DNA of 64,000 bases from Lama guanicoe (Eukaryota). The stretch is from the NCBI GenBank assembly GCA_013239625.1, contig MU057202.1, positions 3,299,101 through 3,363,100 of the forward strand. Direction: 5' to 3'. Shown one piece after another: positions 10,786 to 22,729 of the stretch. The position numbers were made by a program, and so were the translations under genes. A model generated the notes under the pieces. That model was not told the DNA's origin. It ran no database searches and saw only the letters and a program-made list of their open reading frames with translations. Each line of letters starts with the position of its first letter. Positions within the stretch are counted from its first letter, which is position 1.

Positions 10786-13700
10786 CAAGCCCCGGGGTCC
10801 ATTGCCCCACCCCCACCCCTCACAATGAGCCGCGGGTAACTCTGACGGTGTCTGGTAAACCTGCATCATGCCTGGTGGACACGGGCCACCTATCCTGTTT
10901 TACCAGAATCCCAAGGACGTCGCACAGGTCCTCCACCTCTGCTGTGGGCGCTGACGGCACTTCTTCACGACCAGGGCAAACCAGCCCTCCTCCGCTCCCT
11001 ACGCCCAGCCCAGCTCACCCACGCCCTCCTAGTGACCCCGCTTGCCCAGCCTCCACTCTGGGCTGAGAGGCCCTCCGAACGCTCATGGGGGGCGATCCAT
11101 CTTTACCCCTCCCACTTTGATCTCCTCTGCTGTCAAGAAACACCCCAACTCAAGCATGCCTGCTCGGTCTCTCCTTCTTCCTGAGGCGACCCTGGTCACC
11201 CGGGGTGCATCACAGCCCGTGGTCACCTCCCACCACACCCCCACCTCGATCTCCCTCCTAGACCCTCAACCACAGTCTGTCAGACACAGCTCCCTCTGGC
11301 CTCCAAGGACTCAGGGCCTAAAGGCATAATCGCTCGTCGTCTGAGAGCCGGGCCCCTTCGGCCGACAGTCGCTCACAGCACCCCTATTCTCGCCATAAAA
11401 GATGAATGGGACCCACCGTTTGGCCCAACCAAGCTATGTCGCCATCCACCCACCGTGCCTAGTCCCTGTACCTCCTCTCACATGTCCCTCCTCAGGCCAC
11501 TCGCTTCCCTGTCCTTGACCTCAAGGACGCCTTCTTCACAGTCCCCTGAGTCCCTCCTCCCCGGAGCCGTTCTCCTTTACCTGTCCCGATCCAGACACCA
11601 CCCGGTCAGCACAGCTGACCTGGACAGTCCCCGCTTATTTGGCCAAGCCTTAAGCCCTGGTCTCTCCCTCCCTGATCCGTCCCCTCGCCTTCTCTTACGA
11701 TACGTGGACCGCTTACTTCTATGCAGTCCCTCAAAGGAACGCTCCATTTCCCATACTACCCAACCACTAAACTTCCTCGCCGACCGCAAGTACCAAGTGA
11801 CCTCCACCAAAGCTCCAGTGTCCCGGCCACAGGTCACTCATCCTGGGCTCGCCATTACCCCGTCACTCCAGGCCATTCCCGAAGAACGGAAAGCCCTCAT
11901 TGACACGTCGCCTCTTCCAAGCTCAAGACCCGAACTCCTCTCCTTCTTCGGCCTGGCCAGCTACTTCAGAATCTGGACCCCCAGCTTCAGCCTCCTACAG
12001 AACCCCTCTCCCAGGCCGCGGAGGGAGAGCCGCAAGAACCCCTGGACCCGACCACACCCATTTCTGGCCCAATCAAAACACTAAAGCGGGCCCGAACGCA
12101 TGCACCCACCCGAGGGCCCCCCAGCCCTACAAAGCCTTTTCACCTCCACCTGACTGCCACTCAGAGCCTGCCCTGGTGTCCTGGGCCAGACACTCGGAGA
12201 GACTCCCTGCGCAGTGGCCTGTCGTCGTGGCCGGATGGTCCCCATGCCCGAAAACCCTCGGTGCCGCTGCAGCCCTGGCAGCCGAAGCCAGAATGTTCCC
12301 TCTTCGCCAGCCCCTCCTTGTGTCCTCCTCACGCAGTTCACAGACCTACGCGGCCATCGCGCCCTTCTCGACCTCTCTCCCTCTTGCTTACAACAAATAC
12401 ACGCCACGTTCTTCCAGGACCCTCCCTGTCCCTGCAGCACTGTACCCTCTTAACCCCACCACCTTGTACCAACTCACTCGGATCCCTTACAACCAGCCAC
12501 TCACGCCTCAAGGTGCTAGACTCCCCTCCCTGTCTCTTCTCTCACCTCTCTGACCTCCCCTTCCTGAGGCCCCTACCTGGTTTATCGATGGGAGCTCTTT
12601 CCAGGACCTTCATCCCCAAGCAGGCTATGCCGTCATTACACAGGACACCGTCCTCAAAGCTAAGCCCCCGGCCCCTCGCCCTACCTCACAGCAAGCTGAA
12701 CTCATCACACTTACCAGAGCCCTCACGTTACCAAAGGTGAGCAAGGAAATATCCACACCCACCCTAAATGTGCGTCCCGTGCCATTCGCACCCACGCCGC
12801 CATGTGGCAGGAAGGGGACTCCACACACACGGAACCCCGTCTCTAACGGAAAACTGACTCACAGACTCTCAGAGGCAGCCTTCCTTCCAGTGGCCGAAGC
12901 TACGCCCCTTTGCAAAGGACGCCCAGCCCCAGAAAACGACGCAGCCTGAGGCAGCGCCCCTGTAGAGCCAATGCAGAGCGGGCCGCAGGGAGGCCGTCGA
13001 GCCCCAGAACACACCCCAACTCCTCCCCGCCTTTCCACCAACCGAGCCCACACACACCCGCGGTGAGCAACACGCACGTCCAAGTCAGGGCTGCCCTCCA
13101 GTTCGGGCATGGTTCGTGCTCATTCCCGAAATCGTGCTCCCCAAATCACAAGGAAGCCAGATCCTAGGGCAAATCCACTCTCAGCTGCCCTCCGGTCACC
13201 CCCCACCAGACAGCAACCCTGCATTTCCTGTCCCCCACTTTAAACCACCTTACCGCGCGTCGCTCTTGCCTGCACTTGTTCCAGAACACCCCCTGAGGAG
13301 CCGCTAGGCCGCCAGCGGCTCCTACACACCAAGCACAAGGACAGCTCCGTGGACAAGGCCGGTGGCTGGCTTTCACCCACATGCCTCCCGACAAAAGATT
13401 GAACTATCTTCTGACCTTAGTTGACTGCTTTGCTGGCTGGACTGAGGCTTTCCCATCCGCATCAGAAAAGGCCCAGGCTGTTTCTTCAGTCTTGTGACAA
13501 CACATCGTCCCCCCGACTCGGACTCCCAGCCAGCCCACAGACAGCGGCCCAGCCTTCAGCTCCCAGATCCCCCAACAGCCCATCAGAGCCCCGGACACCT
13601 CCCGGAAGGTCCGTACCCCTCACAGGCCCCAGTCCTCCGGTGGGGGGGGCAATGCCCTGCTAAAACGGCGTTGAACTGAACTGGCTCTAGAGCTAAAACT

Positions 13701-14200
13701 CTCCCAGACCCGACTTCTTCCGTTAGCTCTTCTTAGACTCCACATGCTTCCTCAGAACCCACCAACCTGACTCTCTTCGAGCTGTGACACGGGCGTCCTC
13801 CTGCCTTACACAGCCGCCCTGCGACTCTGGTCCCCACGCCCTGACGCCGGCCTGCTCTGCCCCTCAGCCAACACGCCACCCGACAGTGTGCTGGGGAGAG
13901 CCTCCCATCGCCCCCCACACGCGAACCCACCAGTCAGCCCTGCCCTCTCCCCGGAGACTGGGTACACCTGCGACAGAAGACCCTCCCAGCCTCATAGCGC
14001 CCGGCTGGCAGGCACCCCGCCAGGCTGCAGCAACCACCCCCTCCACGGCCAGGCTCGTGTCCCTCCCACGTTGGGCGCACAACTCACCACCAAAACAGGC
14101 CCCTCCTGATCCCAACCCTAAGAACCCCAACAAACCCCCGTGTTCCCACTGCGTCCCCACAGGGGCAACCAAACTCCACCTGACCCGGATCCGGGAGGAC
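10786..14200 (+). pseudogene. pol: ERV pro-pol remnant (protease, RT, RNase H, integrase)
   Basis: EPRVTLTVSGKP..LVDTG (DTG 10878-10886); LDLKDAFFTVP (~11515); LLRYVDRLLLCSPS (YVDD changed to YVDR, 11701-11712); LLSFFGLASYFRIWTPSFS; WFIDGSS (~12580); FTHMPPDKRLNYLLTLVDCFAGWTEAFP (~13370-13455); IN C-terminal PGDWV..TTPSTARL..WAH. Confidence 0.9.
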
Positions 14201-15579
14201 AGCCCGCCCTGTGACGGTGGCAGCCTGGAGCCCACCCACTCACAGCTCCTGTCTCCTTGCCCGTGTCTCCCTCATGAGGTCATTCCTGCTCGTCTGCCCC
14301 TGCCCCCCACCCCCACCCCCGCCGAAAGTGTGCTCTCCCCGAAGCCCTCGCCAAGCCGGGGCTCTGATTTTTAACAGGGCTCAGTCAAGAAAGTGGCAAA
14401 TCACTTCACTCTGTGTCAGACCGTCAGGGATTTCGTCTTGGGCGGACCCTCAGTTAAACAGCAGCAGAACTTCTGGGACCTTCTGGTGCCTGGGGGGAGG
14501 GGGCGTGCCAGGCGGGGGCGGGGCGCCTCCGGTCAGAGCCCACTGCCCCCCGCACAGCCTTGCCCAGTGGGCCATACCCGGCAGAGGAAGCATGAGCGGC
14601 CCCCCTCCTCCCGAGGTGGGCAGCCAGCTCTGCCCAACCAGAGCCCCATGCTTGCCGAGCCCCAGCTGTGCCCCACCACCTCCACTCTTGCCCTCTTAGC
14701 CTCCCAGGACTCCCACACACCTGCCGCCCCTCCAAGGCCCTCAACCCAAACTCCCCTCAAACGTGGGAACCCCTGTGCCCCTCCATCTCCTGCCGTGGAG
14801 TGTGGTCCACCTTGGGGTACCCCCCGCACCCCAGGACTAGGGCCCCCGCAAGTCCACTCTGCCCCCAGACAGGTGAATGCAGCCAGACATGGCCAGCCCC
14901 CACTGGGCCAGGGAGCCTGGGTCCTGAGCCCTGAGTGAGGCGTGGGCACCGGGGCCCCCCCGGGCGGCTGCAGGCCTGGGGCTGGGGCTCCTCCTTTCTG
15001 GGGGGGCAGGTGAGGACAGTCCCTGCAGCGATGAGTCGGGACGCAGAAGCTGGGGCCTCTGGGGGAGCACCCTGGGAGGGGCTGCAGCAGCAGAAGGCGG
15101 GCCTGGGGACCACCTCTCTCCACCACCAGCCTTGGGCAAGGTGGGTGGCAGGCTGCAGGCCAGGAAAGTCCTGCAGCCCGTGGGGCATCTCACCCCAGGG
15201 AAGCAGGGGCAGCCGTCCCTCCGGCCTGGACCTGGCTGACAACCACTGCAGGCTGCCGCGTGCCCGTCCTCCGCAGCCGGGCTCCCAGGAGACGGGAGTC
15301 GGGGCCCAAGCTCAGAGGGGAGGCGCTGCCTGGGGCTGACCTGCAGAGAGCCGTCTGCGGACCTCAGACGCTTGTTACACCGCAACCTCCCCAAACCAGT
15401 TCTAGCCCAGGGGACCGGGGTCCCCGAACATCCCAGTTTGTTCCCAGCAAGACAAGCTGGAGGCACTAAACCCTCCGAGGGCAGGCAGGAGGCAGGACTC
15501 CAGCGCCAGGACCTCGCGTAGCTGAGCCCCGGAGCGGGCGGGTTCAGTCCCCTAGACTCCCCGCCCACTCTCCCCACCC

Positions 15580-15920
15580 CTTTATTTTAATCGAGGTAAA
15601 ATAAAGTTCACGTGACAGTTCAGTGGCATTCAGCGTGGTCATGGTGACCTGCAGCCACCCCCTTCTCTGCTTCAGCCCCAGGCATCGCCCCTGAGGAAAC
15701 CCGAACCATCCGTACTCGTACCCCACCTCCCCCAAACCCAACCACCCCTGCAACCTCTCACCTGCCGCCTCTGGGACTCGCCTGTTCTGGACGTTTCCTG
15801 AGTGGAATCCCACCACACGGGCCCTTCGCACCTGGCTTCCTTCACTCAGCGCCTTCCCGAGGCCTTCCACAGTGTCGCATGGGTCCCGCCCCCACTCCTT
15901 CTTAAGGTCCCCGTTCCACC
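15580..15920 (-). mobile_element. Old L1 (L1M-type) 3' end fragment
   Basis: Motifs typical of antisense L1M 3' ends: tttattttaat-gaggtaaaat, cagttcagtggcatt, cctgttctggacgtttc..gtggaatc, ctggcttccttcactcagc. Confidence 0.65.
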
Positions 15921-18900
15921 GTGTGCCCAGGCTGAGCCCGGCTGACCCACCCCCGGCAGGGCGTCTGCCTGTTCTAGTGGGCTGTGGGCGGAGACAGCTC
16001 GGGACCCCAGGGGCAGATGTGAGCCCAGTCAGCCCCCCGCCCCCGCAGTGCGGCCTCTCCTGCCTCCTGTCCTAGGCCCTAGGATGACGCCCAGGGCAGA
16101 CCCCTGCCCCAGGGGCAGGAGACGCAGCGGGGTCATCTCCCCAGGAAGCAGTGACCTCGCAGGGGCCCGTCACGTGCTACCTGGCCGGCAGAGCCCCACC
16201 CCGGGGTCAAGCTTCTCCTGCGGCTCAGCCGGCCTGGTGCCCCCACCTGCCCCCAGCTGGCGACCCTGAGCCTCGGCCTGCAGCCCCCACAGTCTCCCAC
16301 CCAGGACACTGCTGCTCCTTCGCCTGCCTTGTGTTCTCACTGCACCACCATCCGGGGCAGATGCACCCGTTCTGCGCGACTTCTTCTCACTGGCCTGTGC
16401 TCCGTCCCCTCAGCCCCCACCCCACTCGCCTGGGGGCCCAGTTAACTCTCCGGACAGCCCACACGTGACAGGGCAGGAGTCTGGGGCAAGTGTACCTGTC
16501 CCTGGAGGAAGGACATGGAGGACAGTGCCCACAGCATCTTGGCGGGTTCCACAGGATGGAGCCCGGGTGTGCAGACGGCTCTGTTCCCCCGCCTCATCTC
16601 CTCACTGCCCTCCAGGCTTCAGGGACACACACCCGCGATGCTGTGGGCTTTGCACCATCCTCCCTGCTCCCAGCTCAACAAGACGCTCCTGCTCCCAGCT
16701 CTCTCAGATGGGTGGACAGACAACAGCAGCCAGGCCCTGGCAGGCTTAGCGCTCCTGCTCTTACGCACAGCGCCTCTCCCCGTGCCTGCTGGTCCCATTC
16801 CCTCCTCTGCTGGGAGCCCACAACCCCAGGCTCCAGGGCCCCCGCACCAGCAGACTGCACCCCACCTCCACCACAGGACGGGCTACAGGTCAGGCGGGCA
16901 CCAGGCCCCCTCCAATGACCACCAGGGTGGGATCCCTCCCCAGGGTGCCAGGTGGCAGCACTGCACCTCCCGGACAATTCCTGCTCCATCACCAAATCCC
17001 TTCCAAGCCAGGGTCCCGACACGCGCATCAGAACACCTGCAACCCGGCGCCCGGCCAGCCGCTCCACCTGGTGCCCCCTCCCTTCCACCCTGCAGAGCCA
17101 GCGGCTGCCCTGTGGCCTGGGCCGGGAGCCCCATCTCCTGTCACGTGCGGGCGGGAGAGCCGGAGTGGGCGCCCAGTCCTCACAGAGGGAGATGCAACCC
17201 CCGCGAGAGCAGACTGTGGGTTCAGGGGGACAGGAGCCTCCCGGAAACATGAGACCCGGAAGGGCCAGCCCCAGGCGCCCTGGGTGACGCTCTGAAGCTG
17301 CCTGGGGTCAGAGGAAGACAAAGTGCTGTGCCTGCAATGGGAAGGGCAGGCACCTGGTGGTCTGAGAATGTTCCAGAACCCAGCCTGCCCAGGCCAGCCC
17401 CACCCTGTTAAAGGTACCTGTGTCCACACACATTTGCATGTCGTTAAGCAGCCTCCCTGGTGGAGATGGTTCCCTGGCGTTTTTCTCTACAATTTCTCTA
17501 ATATGTGACTCCCGGTGCCCTCTGGTCCTCCACAACCAGAGCACGAATGTGAGGGGGCTGACAGGGTCAGGGCCAGAGGACCCCAGGGCTGCTGACCCAG
17601 TGGTCTCTCCTCCCTGTGCCTGGGTCTCAGGGCTGACCGCTGCCTAGCTCCGCCTGGCACCGGGGCCCCCGGTCATACCCACTGCCCCGGGCGAGACGGC
17701 TCATGCCGGACGGCCCACACCCACCAGCTGCCTGACTGCACACGCGCCACTAGCCCACGAGTGCTGGAGACCCGTGTGAAGTGTGGTCACTAAGTCAACG
17801 CTGAGCCCCGGGGGGACGTCTTAGGGTGTGGGGAGGGGAGAGATGGGGAGAGGAGGGGTTTGGAGAGGAGAAGGGGGTTGGGAACGGGTGCCACCAGCTG
17901 GGGGCGGCCCCCAGGGCTTCCTGGAGAAGGAGGCTCCCAGTGAAGGCCATAGCTATGAGGTGCGCTGCCCCGGGACCAAGCCCAAATGGCTGGTTATGAG
18001 GACGCGATGCCCCAAGATGGCGACCGGCCCCCACAGGCGCCACCCAAGGCCAAGCTGTCTCCTCAGCTGCACGGCGGCCGCTTCCCCGGAACGGCCAGGG
18101 CGGCTTCAGACAACCGCAAAGCGGGCTTCGTGTCTGCACACACAGCTCAAGAACCGCGAAGAAGGGCTCACCTCCACGGCCGCCCAGCGGTGCGCGCGGA
18201 GGCTTCGGGCCGCCCTGGGCCGTCCTCCAAGCGCCAGCGGCTCCGCTCAGCCCCGTGACAGCCGGGACACTGCCGGGCCGGCCACGCGCCGAGGGCGCCC
18301 GACGCACGACACACGCAGGCGAGTCGGGGAGAGCAAGCTCTGCGCCCGGGGCCTGCCCGGCTGCCTCGGGGAGGAGACAGAAGGCGAGCAACTGAGTGGA
18401 CCCCGAGAGAGCGCACCTGTAGGCCCCACGGCGGTGGGGGAGGGTCACAGGAAACACGCAGGCTGCCCTGGGCCCCCCCCCCCGGCCCACAGTGACAGCC
18501 AAGCCGCAGACCCAGGGCCGGCGGGGCGTCCTGGCAGGGGCTTCTGCCCTGGGCTTCTGTGGGGAGGGGAGACAGGTGGCAGGCAGGTGGTCTGCAGGCG
18601 ACGGGCCGGGCTACGGCTGGGCCTGTTTGGCAATCAGGGGACTCTCAGTCAGCTGAGCAGGACTGTTTCTCGGTCTAGCTGGTGTTGGGGGACAAACAGC
18701 TCTATTCGCAGCTACTCAACAATGAGACAAAAAACAGGGCCCTGGAGGTCAGCGTCCAGCCTGGTCACAGGTCACCCAGGGGGATCAGGGGTCTCACAGA
18801 GTCCCGAGGAACATAGATGGGGCTTCCTCCACATCATTCAGGGAAGTCTTCGCAGGATGCCGTCTCTCAGGGTGTTCGGAAAATAGGAAGTTTGTGGGGC

Positions 18901-20504
18901 TCCCAATTCCGTTTTCTGGGAGCACAGGCTCAGAGGGGAGCTCCCCAGGGACCCTGGCTGCTCTGGCATCTCCTAGAGGAGTCCACTGCCCCGGGACCCA
19001 GCGCAGAGCCGGGGCACGCGGCTGCTCCTGCCCCCACCGGCCTCCTGCGAGAGAGGGAGGAAGTGGCGGACACAGCTCAGGAGAAGAGGCACCAGGGTTC
19101 ACTGCTCACCGCAGACGAGCCAGCACCAGGCGCTGTCCCCTTGGCAGCCACACCCAAGGGCATTTACCCTGGGGCCACACACACTCATCAGACAGCCAGG
19201 CTGATGGGGAGCTCTGGATGGCGCTGAGCCAACACCAGACACCCGCAGGCGGTCCCCGGGGCCCCGTGGCTCTGCGCACGCTCTCTGAGCACTGTGGGCC
19301 TGCTCCTGGGAAGCACGCACCCTGGCTGCTGCATCACCTCCACGTGGCAGCGACAGCTCCGATGGTCAAGCGTCCAGGACGGCTCCACCTCTTAGGCACA
19401 GCAGGGGTGTTTCACTCAGGTCGGGGGGATCTCTGGGCCCATGGCAGAGGACCACTGGTGTGCGTCGTTGCATACGAGCGCGTTCACTTTTAGCCGCTTG
19501 GGGTGGGAATCTGGAGCAGACCGCCCAGTCCTTGTTGCTGTAAATGGGGAGCACCGCCTGTCACAGGCGCTGTCCCAGGTAAGGGGTGGGGGTGCCCAGC
19601 CAGGTGGCTGGGATGTCCCCCGCCCAGGTGCCCCCACCCTGCCATTCCCCTAAGCGTGGAGTTGGTTGTCACGCGTTTGTGTCCCTCCCCAGGGCACTGC
19701 TCCCTCTGAGGAGCCCCTGGCCCCTCCAGCTCAAGCACCCAGACCTCTGGGCTTGGCCCACCCTGCCTCCCCGCACTGGTAGTTCTGACATGCTCCCCGG
19801 GGGTGTCACGTGGGAGCCACTGTCCTGAGAACCAGGACGTAGAGCAAGGGAGGGGCTTCGCTCTCGAGAAGTAACACAGAAACAGAGGGAGAGGCTGCTG
19901 CAGACCAGGTCTGGGGACCCTGGACCACCCAGCAAAGCTCCTGAGAGCAGCACGTAAAATAAATCGAGGGGCCGAGGGCTCACTCCTGGGTGTCAGAGCA
20001 GCAGCGGGGAGCTCTCCAACCCTCAGAAGTTCCCTTTTATCATTTGTTGCGGGTTGGGGGTAGCGGTGCCCAAATTAACTTCTTTCCGACGGTCATCTAT
20101 GTTCTGGATAAGGCACAGTAAAACAGTTAACCTCCCTGTTGACGAGATGTTCCTGCGCGCACACACACAATGAAAGAAAAGGAAAAGGGACAGTTCAGGC
20201 AGCAAAACCGGCAGGGCAATGCAGCCAGAACCCTGGTGGGAGCAGCCTCCCTCCGCCCTGTCTTCACTGGAGGCGGGGGCTCCCAAGCCCTGCGTGGGTG
20301 GTTGGGGGGAGGGGTACCGAGAAATGCCAGGCGGAGACCCGAAGCCTAGCCTGGGCCTTGGTTTGGTTGGAGAGGTAACCTCAGCGCCAGGAGGCCGTTA
20401 AGAAGGGACCAGGCCAGCGTGCGGCGCGGGGCAGAGTCAGCAGCGAACGCTGCCCAGCGTGGCCGCGGCTGCAAGGCTTGGAGCCGTCAGCAGCGAAGCC
20501 AGGG

Positions 20505-20565
20505 CGGGCCCCCTAACGCAAAGGCCTGGCCCGGGCCCCCTAACGCCAAGGCCTGGCCCGGGCCC
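20505..20565. repeat. 27-bp tandem duplication (~2.3 copies)
   Basis: cgggccccctaacgcaaaggcctggcc / cgggccccctaacgccaaggcctggcc / cgggccc; one mismatch between the full copies. Confidence 0.9.
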
Positions 20566-22419
20566 TCAGCGGCCGCAGGAGACGCTAACGCCCAGGTGCC
20601 CACTGCACCCAGCCCCTCTGTCGCCCCGCCTACTCCCTCATTCCCGCCTGCCTCCGCCCCACACAGGTGCCCCACTGCGCAGGCCACCTTTGGGCCACCT
20701 CTGGACACCAGACTTCCTCCCAAGTGTCCACGGAAAATCTGCTTTAATGAGCATCACAGGAGCCCAAGGGGAAAATAATCTCAAAGGGCATGCGGATGGG
20801 TCAGGGCCCCAAGCCTTTGTCCTGATCGCAGAGGTGCGCCCACAGGGGGACAGGTGACTGCACCTGAAGGTCTCTGGGCTCAGGGTCCTCATCGCAAAAG
20901 GGGGACAGGTGGAGGTCCCCCCGACCAGGTCATCACTGGGGTAAACGTGAGTCCTGCGTGCACTGGGCTTTTCCCGGGCCTGGGGCCCCTAACCGTCAGT
21001 AGGGACCACCAGGAGGAGGGTCCAGTGGACAGGCCAGCAGGGCCCCTGGTCACCTTAGGTGGCCGCTGTCCTGGCACTGTCACGTACAGTGGCCATGCCC
21101 ACTTACCCATGCACTCTCCCCTCACTGGTGGCTCAGGAGGATTGACAGCCACGTGCACCTATGGAGGGCCAAGCATCAGTGCATCCAGCTTGGGCGCCAC
21201 AGCCAGGCCGGGTCAAGGCACCGCTTTCCCCGACCCGCGTGGGGCTGGACCAGCCAGCACACAGCAGGCCGCCTGTTGGGCCCTTGACCCAGGAGCCAGC
21301 GCTGCCGGGTCCTGGCTGCCCCCATGAGGCCCTCTGCCCAGGCTCTGCTAGCGCTTGAAGTCACAGCAGAGGTGACGACTGCTGATCTGGGTCCCAGCCA
21401 CCATTTTGAACCCACTTCCACAGGGAGCCTGGTCCCTGGGCAGTGAGGGGAGGAAACGGGCCTGCAGTTCTGAGAGCCATGGGCACCCCCCAAGCTGGCC
21501 CAGAAACACATCTCGCTGCTGGGTGGGGGCACTTTCTGCCACCTGCCCCCTGAATTGTCAGTGCCTTTGGCTGCAGTGTCCACCCAGATAAGAGATGGAG
21601 GTGGAAGCCTGCCCACACCCTGAACTCCCCCGTGGGCCCTGGATGAAGGGGGCACTGGTCAAAGCCGGCCTCACGGGAGCAGAGCTTGACGCTTGGGGGC
21701 GAGGGGCTCAGGAACGGCTTCCTACTTCTGGCTGAGGTGCTGGAAGAAACACAGCACTCTGCTCTGTTGACGACTGTGACCCAGGCTGAACGCAAAGGGA
21801 AGGAGGCAGGAGGCTTAGGTACCGGCTGTCCTTAGCACATGTGCGTGGCCAGTTGGAGAAGACCTCCAAGCCAGTGGGGGTGCAGCATGAGGTGTCTCTG
21901 GGTGTCGGTGGTTGGAGCTGGGTGCCCTTTCTGTGTGGCACCATCCACCTTAGAAAATGCCACATGCCAGCTCTGCCCACAGCCAGACTGACAGGGTGTC
22001 ACCAGAGACTGGAAGCACATTCCTGTAATACCTGGGAAAAAGTGCTTGAAGTGGTACGTAGGAGCAGTGGAAGGTCATAATTCTACACCGATGGAGGCTA
22101 GGGTACCCCCAGCCTCCCGTTCCTCACCTCCCGCGCTTCTGGAGGCGGGAGCACTACCCTTATGGAACCCCCCTGGCCAGGACACCCTCAGGTCCTAGCT
22201 CGCGGGGACAGAAGTCCCTGGGGAGCTGGGAGCTAAGAGCCACTGGCAAAGGGGTGTCTGCCCCTCTCCTGGCCCTGCCAGCCGCCAGCAGACAGGACCC
22301 AGCAGGGAGCAGACCAAGGGCGGCAGGAGGAGCCAGGCAGGAGGAGGGCAGCCCTCAGACGATGCTGAAACCAGGCCCCTGCTGCTGGGGTGGGCGCCCA
22401 GCTGCCTGAGGGCCCGCGA

Positions 22420-22729
22420 CCCCACTCTTGCCCATCTGCATCTTCCGGGGGGGGGTCTCTCAGAACCCACCGTGGCTGGTGGTGGTGAGGCAGGCTGGGC
22501 GCCTCCGGGCTCCTCTCCTTGGCACCCGCATGACCGCCCTGGACTTCTGGGACCTGAGGCAGTAGGTGATGGGGCTGATGGGGCTGATGGGGCTGATGGG
22601 GCTGTTGGTGTAGACTCAGGTGCGGCAGAAGAGGAGGACCCAGGGGTCCTGGAGAGGCTGGGCCCCCAGGGGGCTGAGCGTCCACAGGATGGCAGAGAGC
22701 AGCACGACCACCACTCGCACCTCGGTGAC
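22420..22729 (-). pseudogene. TRHR2: TRHR2 pseudo-exon C (TM6, TM7, C-tail); 3' end approximate
   Basis: Acceptor cccacag|GTC ACC; VTEVRVVVVLLSAILWT..AQPLQDPWVLLFCRT*; TGA at 22618-22616; (SPI)x4 in place of NPxxY; then TYCLRSQKSRA. Confidence 0.87.
22568..22603. repeat. Perfect 9-bp tandem repeat (GATGGGGCT)x4 inside TRHR2 TM7
   Basis: Directly visible; reads SPI x4 on the minus strand. Confidence 0.95.

Larger units (their letters stand above)
9060..14800 (+). mobile_element. Degraded class I (gammaretrovirus-like) endogenous retrovirus, ERV-Fc/HERV-H-F-like internal region; boundaries approximate
   Basis: Colinear gag-pro-RT-RNaseH-IN motifs broken by many frameshifts and stops (see sub-features); C-rich plus strand. 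No recognisable env TM/ISU or matching 3' LTR. Confidence 0.9.

Noticed and set aside
14210-15550. Intact or domesticated env (syncytin-like) gene
   Set aside because: No long env ORF, furin site, ISU or CX6CC motif could be found; at most weak SU-like remnants.
17828-18886. 352-aa ORF
   Set aside because: No recognisable domain; non-ATG start; Arg/Gly/Pro bias typical of CpG-rich non-coding DNA.
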